From NCBI RefSeq assembly GCF_000315625.1, contig NW_005434521.1:73862-137861 (forward strand): a stretch of 64,000 nucleotides of DNA, read 5' to 3'. A program made the translations under genes and the position numbers. Below are positions 1 to 16,133 of this stretch, one piece after another; position 1 is the stretch's first letter; every line of letters starts with the position of its first letter. A model generated the notes under the pieces. That model was given only the letters and a program-made list of their open reading frames with translations, searched no databases and was not told the DNA's origin. Source of the DNA: Guillardia theta CCMP2712 (lineage: Eukaryota; Protista; Cryptophyta).

Positions 1-834
1 AGTCGCTACTCGCATCCAACTGCTACTGTCTCTCGTCTACACCACTCTTCCTCACCCTCAATCTCTCTATTTCGCCTCATGGTCAGTCAGGGTTGTCTTG
101 TGAACCCCTTTTGCTCCATCCGTCGATAGCTCCAAGTTCGATATCGATTTCGTTCATGACAGAAACATACTACAGCTCTTCCTTCAAGTAGATACAAGTC
201 GGAAACGACATCAAGCAATCATCTCAGCATATCATTATCTCAGGTTGAAATGAATCTTCTCTCCTCACTTGTCGCCCTACTTGTCTTATGAATGACTTTC
301 CACTCCCTTGAATTTTTTCTTCTCTCCAGATTTTCCTCCGCTCCCTTTCTTGCTCTCAGCTTTCTTCTCATATCCTGTTGTATGGTCGCCAACTCCAAGT
401 GTCTCTTTTTTGTCTCTGAGTTCTATGGTATCTCATTTGCCTTTCCCTTCTCCCAGAAATGTATACTTCTCCCTACATATCCCCTTCCTTTTCTACGTTC
501 TCCCTTGCTATTCCTCTCGCTTCTCTGACTCGTGTTCGACGATTCCTTCTGCTCCTCTCTTAATTTCCCTCATAAAAACTTTTTGTGTTGTTTGGTTTTT
601 GTTTCCTTCTGCTCCTCTCCTGTTTCTTTTCTTCGCCTTGAAAATTATTTCTTCGGTCTGCTGTCCTCTTCATCATCATGTTGTCATCATGTAATCATCA
701 TTTCATCATCTCTTCTTCTCTTTCTCCTCTCTTCTTGTTATTCTTCTTCTCTTCTTCTCTTCTTCTCTTCTCCTTCCTCACCTCTTCTTGCCGCTTGTTC
801 GCCGCGATGGGCTTCGACCGCGTGTGCCCGCCAT
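1..834 (-). other. Possible 5' end of a minus-strand gene or decayed coding/TE sequence running off the window
   Basis: ATG at 834 reads MAGTRGRSPSRRTSGKK followed by a GTGAG donor, directly beside a GGGGTA block. The purine-rich sequence downstream has stops in all frames I checked and no recognisable domain. Confidence 0.3.
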
Positions 835-1409
835 GGTATCCGATGATAACCAGGGGTAATAAGGCCAGGGGTAAGGGGTGATCTACTGGAAAAGGAGGGG
901 TAGTGTGCCGTCAGGGTGGGACCGTGGAATTTGATGGTAAGGGTCATCGAATCATACTCATATTGGTGGGTACTTATGGTAAAAGTAGGGGGTCATATTG
1001 ACAATGAGGGGTAGGGTGTGTATTGGACTACGACCAACTTGAGTTCAGTTGTGTTCCTGTAACGCTTTTGTAACGCCTGGGAGGCTTCGAGGCTAGCGGC
1101 CCGTCGAACTCAAAACTGAGTCTCCCGGCCCGGCCCGGGCCCGGCCGTACCGACTACTCGAAGTGACTCAGTGAAGTGCTTCTACTAGGGTACGACCGTA
1201 GTCTGATGAGGCGAGAGAGAGCGCGGGGCCGCACGGTGAATTGTAGTAGTGAGAAGAGAAAGAAAGGAGAGATTTACTCGAAGAGATGGCGATTGATGGC
1301 GATGAAATGGCGAATGAAAGCGAAACCTGAGGAGGAGAGTCGACAAGACAGCGAAAGAGGAGGAGGGGAAGGGAAGGAAGCGTCGGAGCAGTCAGTATCA
1401 CCAAAAGCT

Positions 1410-5188
<3,779 letters not shown>

Positions 5189-6366
5189 CCTGGCTGAAAG
5201 TCTTTTCTGCCTTGATGTGTTGCAACCCTCCTCCTCTGTTGACAAGAGCAGCCTCCTCCTCTTCAGCTCAGTCTCTGGCTCTTTCTCTCTCTCTCTCCTT
5301 CACCCTCTCTGCTGCTCCTCTTCCTCTTCCCTTCTCGCCTCGACTCCTCATGTCCTCCCTGCCATCTCCGCAAATATTTTCTCCTACTTTACTCAACTGG
5401 TAGGCAAGCACCTTGAAGAAACCCGCCCCAGAGTCTTCACACTAAGAAAGATCCAAGGCAGCTCTTATCTCCTACTCACAACGGACTCGGAGATCACACT
5501 GACGGGCGGCCGGGCGGCGGCTCAGCCTCCGAGCCGGACTCCGGGAGGCTGGCTAGAGAAGTTGAACTTTGGCTTGTCCTGCCAATGCGTGCGGCCATTC
5601 GTGATATCTATTACCACTGCTACAGAAACTTGCAGTCGGTGCTATCACTGTCTACTTCGGGTGTCATTGCCACTGTGTCACCGTCTGTGGAGAGAAGGTT
5701 ACTGGGAACTTCAACATTCGGAACCGTCGGCGGGGCCCGGTCCGACCGTCGGGCCGCCGGGCCGCCGGGGCTCAGCCCGACTGTCGGAGCCTGCCTCCTC
5801 GGAGCCGCTGGACTGAGCCTCGGTGTCACTCTCCTGGCAGCCCTGACGCGGCGCCGGGCCCGGCCCGCGGCCGGGCCGGGGCCACCGGGACCCGGGCGTG
5901 ATGGCGTGATCGTGACCGTACGGCAGTTTGATCCGATAGGCTCAGGGCATGCCTTGGCTCAGTCACGGCAACACGGGCCAGGCCCGCGCGGTGAGTGATC
6001 GGACGGTCCGACCGGGTCACGGTGCCACGGTACCCGGCCGTCATTCACAGCGGCTGCAGTGCCGTGACTGGCAGGGTCCGGGCACGCCACGGTCCGACAT
6101 CATAGTGCTGCAGTGCCGCCCCGCCGCCGGGTCCGCCGGGGCGGCGGCGCCGCCGCTCAGTCGGGAAGCATAGCCTAGCCTAGCGTGCGGCAGTGCGGCA
6201 GTGCCATGAATCGGAGTCGGGGGGGGCCGGTCACTGAGCTCATGAAGTGATAATTTTAGTTATCGACTTGACATGCCACTGACTGAGTTGTGCGAGCTGC
6301 CAGCGAAGGCTGAGGCAGAGGAGGAGGCGGCGGCGCCTTCGAAGGATCCAGCGGCAGCAGGATGCG

Positions 6367-9300
6367 TCAGGGAAGCGTGGCGATGCCGTATAGCTCGAAA
6401 CCCTGCTGAGAGTTCAGAACGAGGAGGGAGAGGAACTTGGACTCGNNNNNNNNNNNNNNNNNNNNNNNNNNNNNNNNNNNNNNNNNNNNNNNNNNNNNNN
6501 NNNNNNNNNNNNNNNNNNNNNNNNNNNNNNNNNNNNNNNNNNNNNNNNNNNNNNNNNNNNNNNNGGAGGGAGGGAGTGAGAGTGTGACCTGTATCATCCA
6601 TGAGAGAGAGTGATGGGGGTAGACTTCCTGCGAGGTCTCTGAGGCCAGCAGGAGGAAGCAGTTGTCGTTCTCCTGCAGGAACAGACGTCACTGCCTCCTC
6701 CTCCTCCCCGCCTCCGCACGCACATGTACGTCCAGCTTCTTCCACTTCGCTCCGTCATCGACGCTGTCCGATCCCTCCAGGACCCATCCTGTCATGCAGC
6801 GGCCCTTCCCTCCTCCGTTGCGGAGCGTGTAGTAGGTGGGGCGGAGGAGGACGCCCTGGTCCTTGGGGTCGAGGTCGATGATAAACCATCCGTCGTTGAA
6901 CGCGAACGTGTCGCACATCACCGATCGCTCTAGCACGTCGTCCTTGCTCGCCTGGATCTGCCGCACCCCGTTCATGGCCGACACCCCCTTCAGCCCGCAG
7001 ATGATGCGGCACAACCCGCTCTTGGTCGGGTTCTGCCAGCTGCTCCTCCCCGCGGCCCCGAACCTGTAGAGGAGGCCGTTGGTGTCTCCGTTCATGAAGA
7101 ACTGGAACTGGATGGACTGCATTACCCCGGAGGTCGTCTTCTTCACCGACCGCACGCTCCTCAGCTCCGCGTCCTTGAGCTCCATCTCCCTCGTCAGTGT
7201 CTTCACGTCTCTGTCCTTCTGCACCATCATCGCCCTCACTCCCTCCACCTCCCCTCGCAGCCGGTCGATCTCCCGCTCCCGCGAGAACTTCTGGTACTTG
7301 AGCCGGTCGACCTCCCGCTCGAGCTCCCCAGCCTCTCCTGCTTCTGCTTCTGCTGCTCCTCTGCCGTCTAACTTGAGGCTACTTGCTCGCTCCTTGATGT
7401 ACGCCTTCCCCACAGGAACCAGTGCGTACTCCTTCTCTCCCGCCTGCTCGCCCTTGCTCAGCGGCTTCCTCGGCACCAGCTCCAGCCCGGTGGCTGCGGA
7501 GGGTCCAACCTTGTCCTCCTGCTCCCCATTTTCCCCTCCCTCCCCGTTGGCAACAGACCTGGAGGACAGGGAGAGGTTTCGCTGGCGCAGAGAGCGGCAT
7601 TCCTCCTCTCGCTCGGCCAGCAGGGACCTCAGCTCGTCAAGGTTCTCCAGCACAGAGCTCAGCTGCTGCTTGCTCGTCACCCTGAGGGACTCCAACTGGG
7701 ACTTGTGCTCCTCCATCTGGAGCTCCTTGTCCGCGATCTCCTCGTACAGCTGCTCGATCTGCTTCTCCTTCTCCACCAGCAGCTTCTTCGCCTCCTCCAC
7801 GCTCCTCAGCGCCAGCGAGCTCTCCTCCTGCCCCGAGGAGACCAGGTCGGCGCTGATGTGTGTGGAGGTAGGGGGGACTTTTCTGTGCGGGGAGGAGGAG
7901 GAGGCCTTCAGCTCGAGCAGCTGCTCTTTCAGCGTCTTGTTCTCATTGATCGTCGCCTGCAGCTGCAGCTGCATCTGACTCTTCTCCTGCTGCATCCTGC
8001 TCAGGTGCTTCTCGAAGTTCGCTCGCTCCTCCTGGAGCCTCCGGTCTTGCCTCGCGAGCTCCTGCAACGACGAGGGGAAAGCAGCAAAGACGTCAGTGGG
8101 GCAGGGCAGGGCAGGGCAGGGCAGGGCAGACCTGCGGATCGTCTGCGTCTCTCTGCTTGTTGGCGATCGTTTGCTGCAAGGCGATCAAGTGACGTTCTTG
8201 CTCGATCTTGTCCTGCGTCAAGCTCTCCACCAGCTGCTCCAGCTGCCCGACCTTAGTCGAGAGCCGCTGGACCTCCTTCTCCTCCTGCCTCAACGACGAC
8301 CTGCGCATGGGGGAAGGCGAGGAAGGAATCGGCTCCTCGGGCCCGATGTAGTCGGCGCGGGGAGGAGGAGGCAGCCCGTGCGAGGACTTGACGAGAGGCC
8401 TGAGGAGTTCGATGAACTCTTGAGCTGACCGGATTCGCTTCCTTGGGTCCTTCACCAGCGCCTGCTCGACCACGTTCTTCAAGGAGCTCGAGGCTCGACC
8501 GTTGGCGTGCTGGACAAGATCGCGCGGCTGCTTCGTCCTGATCTCATGCACGATCACCTCCAACGAGTCCCCGAGCTTGGCGAAGGGCAGAGTGCCTGCT
8601 CCCATAGTAAAATGAGTAGGGAGTAGGGAGGAGTGACTAGCGAGAGAAGGAGGAAGAGGAGGAAGAAGCGCAGGAGGAGGAGGACGCAGAGGGAGGCAGG
8701 ACCTGTCAGGCAGTGGAAGATCATGACACCGACGGCCCACAGGTCAAGGTTGGAGGAGATCTTAGAGCCCGAGTAAGTCTGCTCGGGAGCGAAGTACATG
8801 GGAGTCCCGACGACGTTCTCGCCCGTCAGCAGCGACTCGTCGTCAAGCTGCTTCGCCAGCCCCAGGTCGATGAGCTTGACCTGATTTGTGAACCTGAAGG
8901 CCCTTTGAGAAGGAGGGAGAGAGGGAGGGAAAGGATGCTGAGGAGGAGCATGAGACGAGGAGAAGGTTGGGGCGGGGGGCTGTGGAGGAGGGGAAGGAGG
9001 GGAAAGGAGGAGGAGAGGAGGGGAAGAAGAAGAGGAGGGGAGAACGTTCTCAGCCTCACTTTGCGATCATGATGTTGGCTGGCTTCAGGTCGCGATGGAC
9101 GATGCCTTGGGCATGACAAGCTTGCAGGGCCTGTAGGACCCCGATGGCCGTGAGGACGGTGAAGTCATGCTCCAGCTGCTTGTGCTTGTCGATGAGCTGC
9201 TGCAGGTCGCTGCGGGGACAGTCATCCCTCGAGCCCGCGGAGAGGGAGGGAAGGGAGGAGAAGCTACCTTCCATGGATGACCTCCATGGCAATGAAGAGC

Positions 9301-9907
9301 GTTCCGTCGACTTGCTCGGCAGCATCGAAGTAGTCGACGACGTTGGGATGCTTCACCTTTGACACCAGCAAGACCTCGCGGATGAATCGCTGCCGCTGCT
9401 CGCAGGTGGCCCCTCCCAGGAGGACCTTGAGGATTACTTCCCTGTAGAAGGCTCCGCACGTGCAGTCTTGAGCGAGGTAGACCACCGCCATCGCCCCTCC
9501 CTTGAGCTTCTTCAGCACTTTGTACCTCGTCTTGTACTCTCGAATCTCCCATCCGCTCCTGGGCATTCCATCCTCCTCTTCCCGGATCTGCGATATGCCA
9601 TTCTTGGGGGTCCTTGCGGGGGAAAGGAAGTGAGTTTCGTCTCGCCGTTGCCCCTGCAAACAAGCATGCTCTCAGGCACACACCAGGACACCAGAAGGCA
9701 TGACAGACCTCCCTCTCACTGCCTCTCGCCTTCTCTCGGCCAACACTGCATGACCAGAGCGTGAGTGGCGGCAACGACCAACGTTCACTTACTTGGTGTA
9801 GGAGGCATGAGACCTGATGGACGACATGGAGGACCCTCTGATGGACTCCAGCCCTGACTGTATCGAGCTTGAAGAGGAGAGATGGAAGGAGGGGGTTCCT
9901 CCCCCAT
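6367..9907 (-). CDS. Ser/Thr protein kinase (PknB-like) + long coiled coil + C-terminal HECTD1-like SUN/discoidin beta-sandwich (multi-exon)
   Basis: YKVLKKLKGGAMAVVY, VILKVL, RFIREV, HPNVV, IVHRDLKPANIMI, VKLIDLGLAK, GTPMYFAPEQ, DLWAVG. An E/Q/K-rich heptad region lies in ORF 6688-8067. The C-terminus reads DTNGLLY..WQNP..WFIIDL..PTYYTLR..WVLEGS..GFELYG. Confidence 0.88.
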
Positions 9908-10986
9908 GACGCTGAAACTGAGACATGCACAACTCGTCTACTTTAAGCTGCACAGATCAAGTCTTGGTTTTAGTGCTCAGCAGCGAGTAGCATCGAGATA
10001 TCCTAGCGCTTCCTTAGCTTCAAGGAGTCCGCGTGACTGAGTCCCTCTTGAGTCAGCCAGCGGCCGCCGGGTCAGGCTACTAGGCTAGCCACTGCAGCCA
10101 GAGTCCACTGAGTCACCGTCATCTTGTGAAGGATCGGATGCTTCGGTGCCTGAGTCAGGCTAGTGATTGTACTGCTGAGAAAGTCTCAGCCCTCAGGCTC
10201 AGTCGATCCTCAGTCTCCTACTTGAGCCCTCACTCGCTTCACAGTCTCCTCTCCCCGCCTCCAGCCTCCGCCATCGCCACTGTCACCGGACGGTCAATCT
10301 TTTGAAAATCCACCCACTAAAATAGATTTAATCCAGTCACTGAGTAAACTCCTCTAGTTAAGGTCCCGGGTCGGGGTCCGGGCCCGGTCGAGTTCAGGGG
10401 CCACGGGGCGGGCTCGGGCGGTAATGGATACTAACGGATACCTGGGCGGATACTATCCGTAGCTGAAATAGACATGGTGGCGGCGGCAAAGGCAGCGATG
10501 TGTCGGAGAGGGGAACGAGATACGGGACGAGACAGACGAGAGAGGAGGAGGGAGGGATCATGAAGGATGTAGATGTTTCCTTGAAACTTTGGTGGTCACT
10601 GTGAATTACGGTGTTGATGTCTGACTGAGACCTGAGTTGGTCCAAATCTGTCCTCAGAGAGAGAGGGAGAGGGGAAGGAGGGAGAGATGGATGGATGGAG
10701 GGATGGATGGAGGGATGGATGGAGGGATGGAGGGATGGAGGGATGGATGGATGGATGGATGGATGGATGGAGGGAGGGAGGGAGGGAGGGAGGGAGGGAG
10801 AGAGAGATCAGAAAACCATGAGTGTCTTCCTGTCCTGTCATGACCTTTGGTGTAAGAATTCCTGTGATCATTGCAGCATACGCTCCCCCTCCCAACTCCT
10901 CCCTTTACCATGTGGGACATGTCTGGCCCGTTCATTCTCGTTCGTGTTGGTCTGGTTGGCACTGACAACTTGCGTTTGACTTGTAG

Positions 10987-11202
10987 ATGTTTGCTGACGT
11001 TCGTCAATACGTGGAATTGGCCACATCCAGTGGACTGGATGCATGGGCAGAAGAGTACCTCGGTCATGGAAAGGTACAGTCGGACGCCTGGACGACTGAG
11101 TACCTCGGGCAAGATCTGAATCAAAAGTATCCCACAGCCTCGCAGTTTCAGTTCGTCTGCAGTGTGTCGAGCACAGGCGTGGTCAACTGCCCTACTGGAT
11201 AG
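10987..11202 (+). CDS. Small orphan protein (71 aa, or a final exon) with a duplicated DAWxxEYLG motif
   Basis: The two repeat copies differ at synonymous positions (GAT GCA TGG..GAG TAC CTC GGT vs GAC GCC TGG..GAG TAC CTC GGG). The ATG directly follows a TTGAC..TGTAG acceptor-like site. Confidence 0.5.
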   Translation: MFADVRQYVELATSSGLDAWAEEYLGHGKVQSDAWTTEYLGQDLNQKYPTASQFQFVCSVSSTGVVNCPTG

Positions 11203-12834
11203 ATCGGAACAAGTTGAGAGCACAAGGCGCAGGGAAAGAATCGAGGGACCGAGTATGCAGCAGCGTCACCTCGATTGTAAGGAGTATATTTAAATGTAAA
11301 CGATGTCTGCATACCAGTATGACAAACTTCACCCTCGTCGCCCCAAGGACTGGTCATTGCCCCTGCAAAGTTAAATCTGAACCTCAACTTGTAAGTATGA
11401 GTGCTGCTTAGTAGCTCTGGTTGCTCGCGGATCCCGTGGAGCACATGGGGCACTGAAGGCCAGCATCAACTCCGTTCTTAGTCTGGGGCAGGAGGGAGGA
11501 CCATCCCGGGGCCCTGTCGACGTGGATCGCTCCGTTCTAGCAGAGGAAGCATGTCACCGACAGGGAACTAGAGCACATCGCGACCTACCAGGTTAGGGAT
11601 CGCTGATAGGATGGCATGATGTCCGGGAGTGGCCTTGTGCTCCCACCAAGCCTTTCCGGAGTTGTCACCGGTCTGAAGCCAAGCGTTCTTCGAGAATTCA
11701 GAGCCTTCCTGTTCGCACGTCAACACTCCAGTTATGATGGAAAACTACTTCCAACATGCAAACGAGGCCGCAGCAAACAAAGGATACGATTCGTGAATGG
11801 GTTGGTAAAGAAGATCCAACGGGATACATGAAAACAACAGTACAATAAAAAAAATGCAAAAAAAAAAAATGCCAACTAGCAATCACATCACATCTGACAA
11901 TGATGATGTCGAGTGAAAGTGATAATTTCAACGAGAGCTTGTGCTGTACTACCTCAAATATCTAACTTGCTGTCCTAACAATCATTTCATTCAAGGAAAA
12001 ATTCTTGATTGATCCATCAATGCAGCTGCTTACCGAGACGTTTCCCCCCATGTCCACTAACTTCATAGTTGCTGGTCTCACAACCCTACCCGTGCTCATC
12101 TGCTGTCGTTACACATCTCCTCAAAGAGTTTGTATGATATCTATCTCACTCATTCATCTAGTTTTTGCATCTTCGACATTCTGCACTATCAGGACCACAA
12201 GCTGCTTCACACTGAAAATGACACGAGCATCCTGGTGATTCGTTTTCTGCTGCCTCCTCAACTGCAGTGGAAGTAGAGAGGATCGCACGTATTGATCGAG
12301 GATGTTGTCCTTATCAGTATCGGTTCATGTCGTGTTACATTCTCTCCATCTCATCCTCCTCCTCTGCTCCATGTCCACATGACTGTTACCTTGAACATGG
12401 CGGCGCGTTGAGATTGGAACGCCTCTGTGTGATCAAGACCGTAGTAAGATCACCGGTACTTTCTATACTGAAGTACCCCCACTTTCCCTCCTCAAAGTTG
12501 CACCCTGTTTTTTTAAAGGATCTGGGGTATCCGGTACAAATTTCTAGTACTGACGACCAAAAAAGAAAACTCTTACCCCGTCGTTCTACGCTATATGAGC
12601 TATTTCCGGCGCCCCTGACCCCTGGTTTGAGATCATTGGAAAGAAACCTCAAGTATCTTTAGAAAATTTGAAATAAAATATCTCAGAATTTGAATTATTT
12701 CATCCAAATTTTTAATGATTTTTAACATTTTTTTTTTTGGGTATTTTGAAGTTCAGAAACTTTCAGACAAACTTTTCTATTCCTAAGTTTTCAAACATCT
12801 ATCAAAGTTTCAAAACTTTTTCAACCGCCCAGGA

Positions 12835-15283
12835 ATGCAGCGTCCTGATGAGGGAGGAAGGGAAGGGGATGGGGATGGAGAGGATGGAGGAGGAGGAGGG
12901 GATGCAGGACGCGATAGGGAAGTAGATACATCAGCATCAGCAGCATCAGCTGCAGGATCGGCATCAGCAGCATCAGCTCCTTCTCAAGTGCAAGAACCGA
13001 ATGTCTCTTCCCCTATGGAACAAGGAGGGGGCAGCGGGCACATGGAGGAGGATGGAAGGAATGGCGTAGAAGGTGAGGATATAATAGGCGTTTGACCTCA
13101 CGAGCTCATGTTGATCGTCTTCTTTTTCTCGTCTTCCCCAGAAGGGGCGGAGCAGGATGGAGGCAAGAAGGAGCAATGGCAAGCTTGGAGCGGACAGGGT
13201 CACACTCTGGGGAGCACAGGGAGGTCTGCTGTGGTGATCAACAGCAGCAAGGAAGCAGAGGCGAAGCTGCGAGCCATGGCGGCAGCTGAGCGGCGGCTCG
13301 GCCACTCCAGAACCTCGTGAGCGTCTGCATGCGCGTGGCCTTGTTAGAGTAGCTGACGGAGGGCAGGTGGGAGGAAGAGGAGCGTCAGGCGGCGCTGCAG
13401 CACCTGCAGATGGACCGAGAGAGGAAGACGAGACTGGCTGCAGCGGCTGAAAGGCGAATGCAGGAGGGATCGTTGAGAGGAAGAGCGATCAGGTGATCTT
13501 GCGTCCGGTGTACTTGACGGCTCATGTTCTCGCAGGCCCACCATGCAAGTTCCGCAAGCAAGCAAAGGACCTCCTGGGAGGAGAAGCACGTACGAAGACG
13601 TGCAAGGAATGGAGTTTGAGGAGGAGGATGGGAGATACGAGTTCTTGAGACCGATGCGATACGATGGCCCGAGCAGAACGTGGGGGAGGGAGGCGGAGGA
13701 GGCGGAGGAGGCGGAGGAGGCGACGTTCAGTCCAGATTCGTTGACGAGGATCAGTCAAGTTGCCTCCATGATCAACAAGATGGATTTCACATTGGGATCC
13801 ACACAGTCGCAACCTCTTCCTATCTTCTCTACAGGTGAACAGCGGACTCCTGCTCCTCTTCTTCCTTCTCCTCGTCTCTTGTCTCGTCGTGCTGTTCCCT
13901 CCCCCCTAGCAGTCAACTCAGCCTCCTCAGCCTCCTTCACGCTGACTTCCTCTCTCAGCTTACTCTGGTTTGGACTCGAGGATTGATCCAACTGTGTCAA
14001 GAGCGCGGGGTCACGATGATGCTGATGATGCTGATGATGCTGCCCTTGCTCGCGCTCGTCGCCTCCTCGCAGCCGCCAAGACGAGCATGCCTGGTTTGTT
14101 CACAGAAGGCGAGACAGCGGCAGCCGGGAGGAACAGCCTGCATGACATGACGGAGGAGGAGGAGGAGGACTTCCTCAGCAGAATCCGTCAGACAGCCAGG
14201 AGCATCTTGAACGTGCAGGAGGAGAATCTTGAGCAGACCGAGGATTTCAGCGAGGGCATCCCGCCCTTCACGTCAGAGTCGATCTCTTCTCCATTTAGGA
14301 TGGAGCGGGAGCGGGAGCAAGAGAGGGAGAGGGAGAGGGAGAGGGAGAGGGAGAGGGAGAGGGAGAGGGAGAGGGAGAGGGAGAGGGAGAGGGAGGAGCG
14401 GGTTCTGGTGAGCAGGAAAACGGAGGAGGTTGGAATTCAGGCAGACGTCGAGCGAGAGATTTCCAGCCCAGCTGCAAAGACCTGGCACTCGCACAAGGCA
14501 CTGCATGTCAATGTTTCGGAGCTGAGGCTGCGAAGGAGGATCGCCAGAGGAGAGGAGGAGGAGGAGGAGGAGGACGAGGAGGAGGAGGGTTCCTGCAGCT
14601 ACTACCTCAAGCTGGAGCTGGCGGGCTCGAAGGCCAGGACTGCTTCCCAGCTGGCTCGAGGAGGAGAAGTGAGCTGGTCGGAGGACTTCCAGTTTCACCT
14701 GCCGTCGGACGCCTCCAAGTTGGCGCTGCAGGGGAAGGTGGTGAAGGTGAAGCAGTACGACTCCAGGTCATACCCAGTTGACATCCTGCTGGGCTCTTGC
14801 TCGCTCCCTCTCCCTCCCCTCCTCCACGGTCAACCCCAGCTGGTGTGGACCTGGGCGCAGCTGGACTCGGTCCCCCCCGAGAGGGGCAGGGAGCTGCACG
14901 TGGCGCTGGAGGTGACGGCAAGCCGCATGTTCCGGACGCACACGGAGAAGCCTAGAGGAGGGCGAGAGGAGGCGGCAAGCGCGGGAGGAGGAGGAGGGAG
15001 GGAGCGGCAGTCGCCTCTGCGTCCCAGCGGTCGGAGGAAGGAGTTGAGCAGCTGGGCCACGATCAACGAGGAGGCAGGGAGACTGCAGCGCGCATGGAGG
15101 AGCCACCTGGCAAGGAAGATGTTGAGGAGGAGGAGGGAGGTGAGAAAGCGGCTGGGGAGGAGCGAAGAGCCGGCGGAGACGATCTCAGACGCGCTCAGCA
15201 AGCTCAAGAAAAAGACAGCTGGCGGGCGGTCGATCTTGGGGGAGGAGAAGAGCGGGCACTGCCGAGACCGGAGGCAGCACTAA
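12835..15283 (+). CDS. C2-domain and IQ-motif protein (multi-exon)
   Basis: GT-AG-bounded exons from MQRPDEGG. The large exon has a C2 pattern (LHVNVSEL..YYLKLELAGSKART..VSWSEDFQF..DILLGSCSLPL..ELHVALEV) and an IQ-like motif (AGRLQRAWRSHLARK). Confidence 0.7.
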
Positions 15284-15626
15284 GATATGCGTTGAGCGAT
15301 GATCTGCGGGAGCATCGAGGAGGAGGAGGAGGAGGAGGAGGAGGAGGAGGAGGAGGAGGAGGAGGAGGAGGAGGAGGAGGAGGAGGAGGAGGAGGAGGAG
15401 GACNNNNNNNNNNNNNNNNNNNNNNNNNNNNNNNNNNNNNNNNNNNNNNNNNNNNNNNNNNNNNNNNNNNNNNNNNNNNNNNNNNNNNNNNNNNNNNNNN
15501 NNNCCCCTCCTCCTATTCACATCGTCCCTCTACCGCCGTCATCGCCTTTCATGGGAGATCTTTGATCACATTTCACTCATTGTGTTTGAAAAGAATAATC
15601 TACAACTATAAGTCTCACTCCATCCA

Positions 15627-16133
15627 TCATGCCATGAGCGGACACCGCTGCACCTTCATCCGACTTGCATGCGGCGAGCATCCGCAGCTGTCGGGCTGTA
15701 CCAGGGAGAAGTACTTCTCTATCCTGAAGAAGTCCACCTCCTGATCCTTGCGTTGGTCTTCCCCGACGTTATTCCAGTCGTCGTCGATGGCAAGAAAGTC
15801 TCCGATGTCCGGTACGTCCATCGCTCCCTCTCCGCAGCGCCCAACCTCCACGAAGACACCCTTGGACTTCTTCTTGTTTCTCTTGCCGAAGCCGTACAGC
15901 ACATCAGACGTGCTCTCTCCGAATGCGATATCCAGCTCCTTCACGATCGAGCTGTCGTCGGTGGGAGCATCGAAATGGTCCAGGGAGCCGTCGATCTCCA
16001 TGCAGAAGGCCAGTTCCGACAAAGACAAGTTGTCTCCGTCCACTGAGTCAGATATGCTCATGGATCGGTGGGATCCAGTCGACACGTTGTCAGACTCGAA
16101 TACAATAGGTAGATGCTGATCCAGGAAGCTCAT
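15627..16133 (-). CDS. Intronless acidic hypothetical protein (168 aa)
   Basis: Clean ATG-to-stop ORF with non-repetitive, coding-like composition and a GGGGTA block upstream. No domain recognised. Confidence 0.65.
   Translation of the reverse strand: MSFLDQHLPIVFESDNVSTGSHRSMSISDSVDGDNLSLSELAFCMEIDGSLDHFDAPTDDSSIVKELDIAFGESTSDVLYGFGKRNKKKSKGVFVEVGRCGEGAMDVPDIGDFLAIDDDWNNVGEDQRKDQEVDFFRIEKYFSLVQPDSCGCSPHASRMKVQRCPLMA

Noticed and set aside
5217-6173. Overlapping Pro/Gly/Arg/Ala-rich ORFs
   Set aside because: By-products of the GC-rich motif block, with no domain, splice structure or consistent frame.
7079-7978. 299-aa Ser-rich plus-strand ORF (and similar long antisense ORFs over RMND5, INTS4 and SFI1)
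   Set aside because: Antisense shadows of GC3-rich coding exons on the opposite strand.
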